NCBI GenBank assembly: GCA_964016885.1
Contig: OZ024740.1
Location: 100,068,001-100,132,000, forward strand
DNA from: Eledone cirrhosa
Taxonomy: Eukaryota
Direction: 5' to 3'
Length of the DNA: 64,000 nt
Shown here: piece by piece, positions 52,279 through 64,000 of the stretch
Layout: each line of letters begins with the position of its first letter
How positions within the stretch are numbered: the first letter of the stretch is position 1
Program-made: the position numbers and the translations under genes
Notes under the pieces: generated by a model
The model's database searches: none
Seen by the model: the letters and a program-made list of their open reading frames with translations, nothing else
What the model was told of the DNA's origin: nothing

Positions 52279-54055
52279 CTCATATGATTGGGATGATGGT
52301 GATGGCAGGGATGTATATGTAAGTGATTAAAATGAAGATAAAGATGAAAATGATGCCAATAAGATGGGTGGGTGATGATGATGGGGGATGGTGATGGGAA
52401 TGTTGGTGGTTGTAGTGCTGGCAGTAGTGGTGGCAGTAGGGATGATGATGAAGATGATAATTTTGAAATTTTATGATTGCATCTTGAATATTTGAAGATT
52501 TATAACAAAAGGGAATATAAAATGTTAACATTAGTGCTAGTGAATAGATTGCAAATGTATTCATAATTGCAGCTATATTTAATTCCATTTCAAACATTGC
52601 TAGAAATAGCTAAATCACTGCCATATCACACACTATCACGTTAAAAAACAGAAATAAACACTCAATAAGGTGGTTCAAGATATTCACATGTCTAAGAAGA
52701 TAGGATGGTCATGGCAGAAACATCTTTGTTTATGTATGAGCTCAATGAGGAATACATTATATCATTGGTCTGTTCCTACAAGACTGACCTAGTGTTAAAC
52801 AACATCATGGTCATTGATAATATATTTTTGATCATAGACCTACTCATGATGGTCCTGGCTAAAACTGAGACACCTTTGATCATACATTTACACAAGAGCT
52901 GGTCAAGTTCTAAAGATCAGTATTAATCATTGGTACACTCACTGAAGGTTGACCTGGGATTAAACAGCAACACTTGTTCTGATATATCAGCTTCATACAA
53001 CCATGAATGTAGAATTGTATGTCTTGCCAAATAAATGAATCACTGGTTTACTTGCTGAGGGCTGATCTGAGGTGAAACATCAACACTGGTTCTGATGATT
53101 TATTTTTATAAAACCATAACTATAGATAACACAATGTTATCTCTGATCGAGGCAGAGTGGGAAACTATACAGTTCAGTGTCTTGCCAAAGATATGAATCG
53201 TTGATACTTTCAATGATAGATGACCTTGGATAAAACAGCAACCTTGTGATGATGGCTAGAACACTTTTGATAATTGGTCTGTTCAATCAGGGTTCACAAG
53301 AAGTTAAACATCAATATTGATTCTGTCGAATTAGTTTAATAAAACCACAAATGTAGAGGAATGTGTTTTGCCAAAGAAATGAACTCAATCTGTGTAAAGC
53401 ACCTCAACACAACCAATCATATCAAAGTCGGTAGTTTAAGAAAGTTAACCACTCAGTCAGCCTATATATTCCATCAGTGTTCTATTAAATCAATTATTCT
53501 AAGATTCTTACACATATATAAACATTTATTCTTCTTTAGACTGGATATATTTTTCTGTTTTGCTTTTCTTTACAATACCATATGGAAGAGGAGAGGGTGA
53601 AGAAAAAGAAGAAGAAAAAACTTGTTTCATTGAAAAGTGTCAAGAGATAATCCACGGCTGTCACTGATTCAAAATAATGAATATAAATGAGCTGCATTAT
53701 ATATAGTACATGTTATACATTCATCGTATACATAAACACACGCAATCACAGCTACACACATTGCTGTTAAAAACTCTCTTCAGGTTAGATAATGCCACAT
53801 TTCTATGGCTTATGAAAGCTAACAAAATACAATTAGTACCCATTTACCATAAGAAACACATAGCTCAGTTGAATTTTCTTGTCTACTAGCTTTTAATGTA
53901 AACTGAAAGAATTAAATTTAGTCATACTTCTAAGATGCCATCAGTGCCAACTAAAGAACTAATAACACTGTGTCAAAATAAATTCTTGATGATAGAAACA
54001 CACAAAATTCTTTATGACTTTCAATGAAAATGGAGAGAACAAAACAGAGAGGGAA

Positions 54056-54113
<58 letters not shown>

Positions 54114-54418
54114 AGAAAGATGTAAGAAAGAAAGAAATGAAGTCAAACAAGAGCCAAAACATTGTTTTTACATTTAGTAATTGCATAAAACAGTAAAATA
54201 CTCTTTATTAATGTATGTGTAATATGGCAGTGAACAGGTGAATCTGTTTGAAGAACAGTTTGATATACGATGAGAATAAAACATTGCTATAATATCATTT
54301 ACAGTTATTGATCATTGTAAGGGAAAACCAAGTGAAATGAGTAGTCTAAGTTCGAAGTGATTACTATTTCTGTTATTGCTGTTGTGTAACTTTGTGTGCA
54401 ATGTTATTTTATCTGACC

Positions 54419-54496
54419 AATAGATTCAGAGAGATGGCTAATCTAATGCCTTCGCTGCCCTCGAGCATATGATTGCTTATCTCTCGGCAATCTATT
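54419..54496. ncRNA. Pre-miRNA-like hairpin (candidate)
   Basis: About 30-bp imperfect stem (AATAGATT/AATCTATT, GAGAGAT/ATCTCTC, AATC/GATT, ATGC/GCAT) with a ~15-nt loop, in sequence not repeated within the window. Confidence 0.35.
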
Positions 54497-56184
54497 TCTT
54501 AGACATAGTCTTATTTTTCTCACTTAACTCAACAACAAAGTTGACTGTATTTATTTCATTAACCCTTATTTGCATCAAGAAATAAAGTGTTAAGTTTAAA
54601 ACACACACACACACACACATCAACCTCATCATCATCATCATCATCATATTATGTCTGTTTTTCTATGCTCTCATGTCTTGCTAAGTTTGCCTCTACCACA
54701 ATATCTAGACATCCGTTCAGACCTTTTGCCATCATCACTTCTTTACATGCCCTTTTTGACTTTGCTCTTCCACATGTTCTTCTTTTGTAATCATGTGGCA
54801 CTTCTTTACCCATCTATCATCCTCAATATGCATCACATGTCCATACCAGATAATCTTCTTTCTTAAATACATAATATAATTCTTCTTTTCTCTGAGTTGT
54901 TTTGTGTTCTATATTTCATACAAACTAATATAACTTCTTTGTAGATCTTCTCCATCCAATTATGTTCTGCAACTATGGTTACACCACACAAATATACAAT
55001 TTGTCCATCATCAGAGCAAGAACCACTTTGCTGCCAGCAAAGGTAATAACTCCATAAACTGTTCCCATCACATGTTTACTCTGGTTACTATGCTTTCAAA
55101 ACACCCAACTCTATTATTAAATAGATCAGCTAGGTATCAGAAGCTATATGTATTTAAATAAAACTGTTATTGCTCCACAACACTCAGCAAACATCCTAAA
55201 TGAAATACCAATATTTATTCATGATTCCTGCCAAACGAACCTTACTCACCCTCCAAATTCGGTAAATCGAATACAGGCAACCTATCTTTCCAAACTCAGC
55301 TTATATATGTAACCGGACTGTAACAGCCACCAAATGGAGAAAACAGATGTTATCAAGCTGCAGCTGTCGTATTATGTAGTTATATATAATAAAGCCAAAG
55401 CTATTATTATCTGCAACGACTACAACCCCATTATGTAATAGGCAGTGCTCTACCTTTTCCCGATATCTCTCAACTTTAAACCCTCAAATTATCTATCAAG
55501 AGGACATGATGCTGCACATCGAGAAGTGTAGTATGTTTTGGGGGAGTTATTTTACAGTTATTCAATCAAAGCTGTCACTTCACTTTGTTGATACTTTCAA
55601 TATTTAGTATGTTCTTTATGGTTGTCCTCAGTAATGCACTAGGAGCTGGGAAACTGTGACTAGCAACAGATAGGAGCTTCTGCATTGACAAAGTTTTTCT
55701 GACTTATTTCTTCATCAAAACACACTACAACACACACACACACACACACACAGATACACACACACACACACAGTATGCATACAGATTGCTTTGCTTTCGA
55801 TGTCGTATATATTAGGCATATATATGCAAAGAAGGCATCTACAATTGTGTTTTACTAGAAATTAATTTTTAAAATACTTTTTTTCTTTACTTAAATGATA
55901 CTAATTTAGAATTTTCCAAGTTAATTATGCAGGAAATAATATATTTTGCCAATTAGTTGCTGGAAATTTCTCAATGGATAGCAATCCTGTCAGCTGAGAT
56001 TATGAAGCAGGTGGTATATTAGGATAGGATTAGGGTGGTAGTCTTCAGACAAAAGTTTTAATAATGCTCACACACACAACATTTATAAATAAATTTGAAA
56101 GCCATACAAGTGTTTGTAAGGTGGAATACTGCATGATAGCAAGAAATGGGCCTTGAATGTAGAAGATTTGCAAATATTAATAAT

Positions 56185-56491
56185 TGTTTCTACTTTAGGC
56201 ACAAGGCCAGTAATTACCCAGTACATTACTGGTACTTTATTTTATCGACCTCGTAAGGATGAAAGGCAAAGTCAACCTCGGCAGGATTTGAACTCAGATC
56301 GTAAAGGGACGTAACTATGCTGGAAAGCATGGCATCCGACCCTCTACCGATACTGCCAATCCACCGCCGTGATTAATTGCAAAGATTAATAATTGTTTCT
56401 ACTTTAGGCACAAGGCCAGCAATTACCCAGTGCATTACTGGTACTTTGTTTTATCGACCCCGTAAGGATGAAAGGCAAAGTCAACCTCGGC
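56185..56491 (-). mobile_element. Two tandem SINE copies (full 56185-56368, 5'-truncated 56394-56491)
   Basis: A 17-bp flanking duplication TTGCAAA(T/G)ATTAATAAT at 56168-56184 and 56377-56393. Confidence 0.88.
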
Positions 56492-56494
56492 AAT

Positions 56495-56780
56495 GAAGTG
56501 TGAAAGCAAGCATACTATTCTACTGAGTATGTAATGATAGTGTGTCTGAACAACAATGCACAAATAATATGAGAAACAATTTGGATACAAGAGGAATAGG
56601 ATATAGTGTGCACGAGAGATGATTGTGTTGGTATGAGCATGGGATTCTTATGGAAGATGTCAGGTAAGCATCCAATTGGATATGATCTGTGGTGAAGAGA
56701 AATCTGGAAAGATATGGGATGAAGTAAAATTAAACTAAAGATGTTGAATCTCATGAAAGAGATGACAAAAAGCACCATCC
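56495..56780 (+). mobile_element. Degenerate RTE C-terminal fragment
   Basis: GIGYSVHER..CWYEH and RSGKIWDEV..LNLMKEMT resemble the RTE RRLRWYGH / GRPRKTWDEV region. Confidence 0.5.
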
Positions 56781-57753
56781 ATTATTGGATACCTTTAATA
56801 AAGTTCATTTTGTCCCTATTGTACAGACTAGACCTTTGAACTGGGTTCAAGCGTATGAATCACACAACATATCATGGTTGTTACTCTTTATACTATAACT
56901 AACATCTAAATATTAAAAAAAGGTTAAAGATCATTAATATTTGTAGTCTCTTAGGTATTTCTAGAATGTGAAGCTCTGATTATAAATTTAATGAAATACC
57001 ATACATTATTTGATATTAAATCTAACAAGAATATCCAGATTTCTTGACTAAAGTGAAATTCCTTTCTTTTTTTTTTTTTAATCATCTGGATATAACAGGT
57101 TTTTGTCTGAAAATGTTTCCATGTTATAAAAAGCAATGCCAAAATTAAGGCAATAATGTTTATTTTCAAGTTTTTAACTCGTGAACTTTATATAGAAATC
57201 ATAGGAAAGTAGTGCTCTATTCAGTAAAGACTTAAACTTAAAATAATACATACTAAATAGAATCCCCACAAAACAAGGGCGAACCTATGAATAAATTAAA
57301 ATCTCTTTGTCCTTAAATTTGATCACAAAAACAAAAAAACAAAAACAGAGAGAAAAATTAAATACACAAATAATCAAACCATAAAAATGTTTTACAAAAT
57401 CGTTTGCTTTTAGCATCAGATATAAAAATTTTTTCAAAAAAAATTAATGAAATAAAATAGAATCTATTGTTAAAAACGTAATTGGTTGGAAAACTTTCCG
57501 GCATTTTTTCCTTCTTCCGTGTCTGTATGAGGGTGATTGAATAGGTTATAAGGAGAAATGAAATTGACTTTATATTAAATAATATCAAGACCATAATAAT
57601 ATTCTTCATATATATTACTGGAACATTGAACAAAACAAATAATGGTATAAAAATTAAAGAGACTCCATTATTAAATTTATTTATTTGAATCGTAATTTTT
57701 TCTTCAGCATATAGACATTTTATTATGTTAGTTTAGTATTATAAATATTGCTG

Positions 57754-57756
<3 letters not shown>

Positions 57757-57834
<78 letters not shown>

Positions 57835-57836
57835 CA

Positions 57837-57873
<37 letters not shown>

Positions 57874-58079
57874 ATAATATATATATATATATATGTATGT
57901 ATGTGTGTTTGTAGGGATATATGTATGTATGTATATGCTAGCCTGGAAAATGGACGTTAAATGGTGATGATGATGATGATGATAATATACATGTATATAA
58001 ATATATATATATATATATATACACATATATATATGCAGATATACATATATATATATACATACACACACACGCACACACC

Positions 58080-58137
<58 letters not shown>

Positions 58138-58190
58138 TATATATATACATAATTTTATATATATATGTGCATGTGTGTGTATGTGTGTGT
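57757..58190. repeat. Compound (TA)n/(CATA)n microsatellite
   Basis: Direct observation. Confidence 0.95.
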
Positions 58191-59496
58191 TTTAAAACAT
58201 TAAAAACACTTTAGCTAAATAAGAAAAAGTACATACACTTACATACACACATGCAAATGTGCACGCATTACTTTGCAAAGAAAAATCAAACATGAAATCT
58301 ACTATGAGAATAAAAATCAGTCAATAACTTAGCAAGATAGCTGAAAATAAAATTCATTACAAGTTAACCCATTTGGTGTTTAATAGAAATACTCTATCTT
58401 CTGAATGTAAGGAATGATTCATAATTGTTTCTACAGACTTAGATGAATTGATTTCCTCTGCTGGTTATTAATGTTCTACCTTCTCTATTTTATGGATACA
58501 ATGAATTTACTGTTTTTGTCTCTCACTGATTACAGTAGCGTAACGAACCCCTAATCAATACATTGATAACCTCTCAGTTTGACAGAATCATTTTATATTT
58601 TCAACATAACCAAAGTTCACACTAGCTTTACTCAAGTTGAGAATAGGGAAATTATAATGAGCAATGTCCTATACTGTGAGTAAACTGACCCCATTACTGA
58701 CAGAACAATCAAATCACATAATCATAAAACTTAGATTATTTGTTGCACATTCCAAATGTTACAATTGATCACTCCTTCTGAAAATCAGCTACCTTTATTT
58801 CAAAGCACGTCTTATCTGGCTTTTGTTAATTCATTTGTTCTCATTAAAAAGAACTACAAAATTTCTTTTATATGTAATTGCCTTGCAACACAGAAATTCT
58901 CTCGTCCTTGCAAGTGGTGAAATTTTCTGTTACTTTTACATACAGGTTATACATCTGCAAATAAATCACTCAACTAGAGCAGTGTTATTGGCTTTTAAAT
59001 CAATTTAGAAAACCCTTAGAAATTGTTACATTTCAAATCTATAGAATTGTGTATGTTATTTTTCCCTTTCTTTATTTTTTATGTTGGCATTCACTTAAAT
59101 GACAGAAATAAGCCTGTATATCAAATTACACAGAATGATGAAAATCAATTGCACTGTTAATTCAAATCTATGAATAATAAGGGTCCAATCAAAACTAAGG
59201 TATTTCCATATATATATGCATGCATGGACATATATAATTCATCGATAACAGAAATATGTGGCCGATATACAAACTACCAGAATGAATATTCTATTTGACT
59301 AAATCACAATTTTCCAAGGTTTTGTTTTCAAATCCAGTTATTGATTTTACCTTAATATTCAAAATATTTCAACAAGAACACAACCAACATATATGACAGA
59401 ATATATTAAATATAAAGAGTATTATGCAAATGACCGATTTAGTGGAAGTAGTTCTTTGACATGTATTTTAAAAGTTATATTATATATGTATGTGTG

Positions 59497-59712
59497 AGGG
59501 TGGTGGATTGGCAGTATTGGTAGAGCATCAGACACCATGTTTTCCAGCATAGAGTTTTGGCTCTTTATGTTTGAGTTTAAATCCTGCCAAGGTTAGCTTT
59601 GCCTTTCATTCTTATGGGGTCGATAAAATAAAGCACCAGTAATGCACTGTGGCTGATTTAATTGACTTGCTCATCCCCCTAAATTGCTGGCCTTGTGCCT
59701 ATAGTAGCAATC
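59497..59712 (+). mobile_element. Nin/Deu-core SINE (long-tail variant)
   Basis: Head, core, GATTTAATTGACT..CCCC insert, and GGCCTTGTGCC tail. Confidence 0.85.
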
Positions 59713-60486
59713 TTATGTGTTGTGTGTGTATGATTGTGTATGGGGGTGCATAGGTGCAGGCATTCTGATTGGTTTAGGAGTTTAATTCTTAATCAGTTGG
59801 GTCTGCGTTTAGTTCCACTGTGCAACATTTTGAGCAAGTGTCTTCTACTATATGCTTCAGATTGACCAATGCCGAGTGAGGGAAATTTGGTAGATGAAAA
59901 CTGCAAAAGGCCATTGTGTGTCTAATCCATTCCTTTGTTACTTTAGTAACCAAATGGTTATTTAATTGTCAAAGCTCATTCATCGCAGACTTTGTGTTTT
60001 TACTGGCGTCATGACACTCCCAAAGTATAACAATATCTATTTCAACACACAATTTCAGATCAAGAATTTTGGAAAACAAATACAAAAGAGAAGTAAATAT
60101 GTGTTTGAGTGTAGGTACCAGTGAGTGTGTTTGTTTGTGTGTGTGTATGTGTGTGTCATGTCAGGTTGCTTTTAAGCAATATTGATAATGTGTAACGTTT
60201 TACACTCTAGTTGGTTTTTGGCAACTAAACCAACAATGCCTCCAAGCCTGCTAGGTAAGGACATTGAATTTTGGAGATGCTGTAGGATAAAAAACAAATC
60301 CATCAAAAGCAATGTTATTCATGAGAGTCACCAACCATTCATTAGTGTATATATGTACTTTTGTAGATATATGTGTATTTACATGTTTATGAAAATACAC
60401 ATTAGAGGATTCTCTTATTTGAAGCCTACAGTGCTTTTGTTCTAAGCTATATTTTGATTTTTTTGCAGGGGGTTGGGCTAGCTTAA

Positions 60487-60706
60487 CCCTTTAGGATTTA
60501 AACTGGCCATATCTAGCCAGAATTCTCTTCCCTTTTTCCGTTCAAACTGGCTGTAACCAGCTCCTCATACTTATATTAAGGTATTGTTCTAAAAATAATA
60601 ATTTCAAAATCTCGTAGATTCGATAATATGAGATAATTATGTGAGATATAAAGTGTTTACTATGAAAATATAATAACAAATATAGATTAATGTAAATGCT
60701 AAAGCA
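60487..60706. mobile_element. piggyBac-type MITE, same family as 3833-4042, opposite orientation
   Basis: TTAA|CCCTTTAGGATTTAAACTG..CCAGAATTC ... TAAATGCTAAAGCA|TTAA. Confidence 0.7.
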
Positions 60707-61237
60707 TTAATGTCTTTAAGAAATAGATTTCATGTCACACAATCATTTATCACTATAAAAATAGGTGTCTAAGCACTTTTTGCACCCATATTTTGTAAGG
60801 TGGTAGGAGATATGAAGGGCAATCCACTGTAGAAACCCAGCCAAAAACTGTTAGAAAGGCCTCTCAAGTTGTGTCAAGAGCATAACCACTTCTCTAGTTT
60901 TGGTGATCTACATGAAAAACGCACCCAGTATACTCTCTAAAGTAGTTGGTAATAGGGCAGGCATTCAGTCATAGAAAAGGTGCCAAGCAGTGTCAAAGAC
61001 ATGACAATCTCCTTATCACTGGTACCATGACCAAATGCACTCAGTAGAGCACAATAATGCATGTAAGCAAGATGCAGACTCACAGATTATCTGAGATATC
61101 TGTAACTCTGCTTAATATTGACTTGGTTTGTTGAGAACACACCCAACCCTTGCTAACAGAGAAAGTTGACATTAAACAATGATGATAAATGAGGATGACC
61201 ACACATTTTCCAAGTCTTGGAATCACATAGAGATAAT

Positions 61238-61425
61238 TGTTTCTACTTTTGGCACAAGGCCAGCAATTATCCCAGTGCATTACTGGTACTTTATTTTATC
61301 GACCCCGTAAGGATGAAAGGCAAAGTTAACCTCGGCGTGATTTGAACTCAGATCATAAAGGGAGGTAACTCTATGCTTCAAAGCATGGCGTCCGACCCTT
61401 ACCGATACTGCCAATCCACCGCCCT
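61238..61425 (-). mobile_element. Young full-length Nin/Deu-core SINE
   Basis: Perfect 17-bp TSD AATCACATAGAGATAAT (61221-61237 and 61427-61443). Confidence 0.93.
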
Positions 61426-62019
61426 AAATCACATAGAGATAATGAGCCTTTTGTTGTGGTAATTTGCATAAAATATATGCCTGAAACAAGCAAATACTAA
61501 AGTGATGTTAGTGCATAATAAATGGTGTATATCAAGACATTGTCTTGAAATTTAATAATATGGAATCACTGCATCTTTAAAGAGAAGGAGGAAGGGATGC
61601 AAAAGGTGGTTATATTTGAGAGTGAGTCAACAGCTATTACATGTACAGGGTGACTCACATACAACTTTTGTGCACGTTTTGTGTCACTTTATATTCATTT
61701 TCTAACCAATGTAGCGTATTTGTGGACATATTGTTTTTCTATGTTTACTCTTGGGCTCCTTAACTTCATTTTTTGTTATAAACTAGAGTGTACTCTATTT
61801 GTTCCCTTATAAGCTGTCCTGTCTAGAGCATTACTATAAGCTATCTTTTATAGTTATCGACTAGTGTTGCAGTTATTTTCTGTGTGTGGGATTCCTACAT
61901 TTTCAAAATTCAAATCAACCAGCACTGCAACATTTCAAAACGTATATATATATATATCACTACAGCCCATCACCACACACACACATTCCTAGCAACTGCT
62001 GTCCTGCCTCCCTCTCCTC

Positions 62020-62545
62020 CTGTGAAGTCATTCAACCATAGAGGGTTTGCCAAACAAATGGTTGGGAGGACCCTTCAGTCTTGTCAAGGACATGAGAGCC
62101 TCCCTAGTTTTGATCTACATGATAGACACTCCCAGTGCATGCTGTAAAGTAGTTGGTGATATGAAGGGCATTCAGTCATAGAAAGCTTGCCAGGCAAAGG
62201 GTCGAAAAGAAACATCAGTCATGTCAAGGACATGACAATCTCCCTAGCGTTGGTGATTTACACGATAAACACACACAGTATATGCTGTAAAGAGGTTGGT
62301 GACAGAAAGGGCATCCAACCAGAGAATTCTTGCCAAATAAAGAGTTTGGAGGACTCTCAATTGTGTCAAAGGTATGAAACCTCTCCCGAGCACTTGGTAG
62401 AACATGAGACCATACATAAGCAAGACACAGATCCTTGGCCTGTCTGGGAGATCAGTGGCTATGGTTCAATACTGACTTGGTCTGTACGGATACATACAAC
62501 TTTCGCTGGGATAGCAGACATTAAAACAATGATGACGATAATGAT
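62020..62545 (+). repeat. Degenerate, internally repeated RTE-related SINE-like element with a (GAT)n tail; related pieces at ~60780-61190
   Basis: Repeated GTTGGTGA(T/C)A(T)GAAGGGCAT(T/C)CA motifs and the tail GACATTAAAACAATGATGACG. Confidence 0.45.
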
Positions 62546-62650
62546 GATATATATATGTCTGTGTGCGTAAGCGTGTATGTGTGTGTATGTATATATATAA
62601 GGTTTTCAAAATTATTGAAGTGGTGGTATATATATATATATATATATTTT

Positions 62651-62820
62651 TTTTCTTTAGCCCGTTTTGGCAGCCTCAACAATGCAGATGGGTAATTCTC
62701 CGGGTAATGAGATCCGGTGGTGAAGAAAGAGAAGTAAGTCTCTCTCTTCACCACTGGATCTTGTTACCCGGAGAATTACCCATCTGCATTGTTGAGGCTT
62801 CCAAAACGATCTAAAGAAAA
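62651..62820. repeat. ~170-bp imperfect palindrome (foldback) between TA runs
   Basis: Arms ~62651-62727 and ~62745-62820, for example GCCTCAACAATGCAGATGGGTAATTCTCCGGGTAA / TTACCCGGAGAATTACCCATCTGCATTGTTGAGGC. Confidence 0.88.
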
Positions 62821-63145
62821 TATATCTTATTATTCCACAATGCTTGAAGCAAACGTTAATCCTCTCTTATATATATATATATATATATATACACATACAT
62901 ACATATTCCTGTTCCTCACACACATGCAAATGTATGTGTAAGCTGACATGCACACATTTCTCCCCACCTGTTATTGAACATTTTCAATGTTTTACCTTCC
63001 AGAACCATAAACATCCAAATCACATAGAAGAGTTTGGACAGAACATCTAATGAAATAATATATATAAAATTAATGTATATTTCATACTGTTAACTATACA
63101 AAGGAATGAATAATTGAGTAGCAATAGCGCAACACTGCTTGAAAT

Positions 63146-63505
<360 letters not shown>

Positions 63506-64000
63506 AAATAAATATATCCTTGACTACATTTTTTTTTTTTTCCTGCTCTGATGCTGTCTTTTGCAACAACACATGTGTCACATCTCGCAGAATTTGATAA
63601 ATTTATTTTTATAACCTCATTCGAGGAATTTATATGGCAAGAATTTTATAAATATTTGAATAACTTAATTTCAGAATTAATATTCTGACCATGAAAATTT
63701 CATGGAATTTTAAAATCCAGCTGTTTAATTTGTTTTTATGATATGACTCTAAGCATGTGTATATATGTGCATGTACCTGTATGTGTCTGTGTTTATGTGT
63801 GTATATATGTGTATTGATATTTGTTGATGTGTGTTGATGTGCACTCTCTGTGTATACACCCATCTGTTAGTTTTCCTTTCAAGTTTTAAATCTTTGAATC
63901 CATATGCAGCAATAATTATTTTATACCATAGACAAATGTGATTTGTATTGGAGGCATGTTAGGGTAACTACTCTGCTCATGAAAGAGAAAATATTCTTCC

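Noticed and set aside
52600-53400. Loosely repeated CTGACCT..TAAACAACA motifs resembling an array
   Set aside because: Irregular spacing and low identity; probably decayed retroposon tails. Not CRISPR-like, and the context is eukaryotic.
55308-55440. Short solo-LTR-like segment (TGTAAC...AATAAA...GTAATA)
   Set aside because: No CA end, TSD or clear PBS.
55981-56002. TAATCTCAGCTG on minus, matching the 5' part of miR-216
   Set aside because: The 3' half differs, and neither flank forms a convincing precursor stem by eye.
56951-57633. Hydrophobic, signal-peptide-like minus-strand ORFs
   Set aside because: Non-ATG starts in the track, and composition expected from AT-rich DNA.

Overview
AT-rich animal genomic DNA, probably a large intron or intergenic region. 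The repeat repertoire resembles an octopus/cephalopod genome (inference). I found no convincing host protein-coding exon: the [10 protein letters not shown] ORFs are microsatellite artefacts and all recognisable protein fragments are decayed transposons. These are three Tx1-type (L1 clade) LINEs on +, a chain of Dong/R4 RLE-type LINEs on -, CRE, RTE/RTE-X and Helitron fragments, a Gypsy 5' LTR with a tRNA-Trp PBS, hAT and piggyBac-type MITEs, and about 13 copies of a tRNA-headed Nin/Deu-core SINE. Two systems stand out. (1) A cluster of non-coding, head-to-head inverted insertions sits in (TA)n runs (8.5-12.1 kb, also 24.2 kb). Several carry hammerhead ribozymes, including a ~421-bp tandem retrozyme-like array whose + arm starts at the ribozyme cleavage site. 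(2) Elements share TAA/ATT microsatellite targets: Dong inserts in one orientation, and Tx1 and the SINE in the other. The SINE and Tx1 share a covarying 3' stem-loop, which suggests a stringent SINE-Tx1 partnership. There are also HDV-like ribozyme candidates at the 5' ends of a Dong element and a bipartite RTE derivative, and a pre-miRNA-like hairpin at 54.4 kb. All structures were paired by eye; no folding or database search was run.
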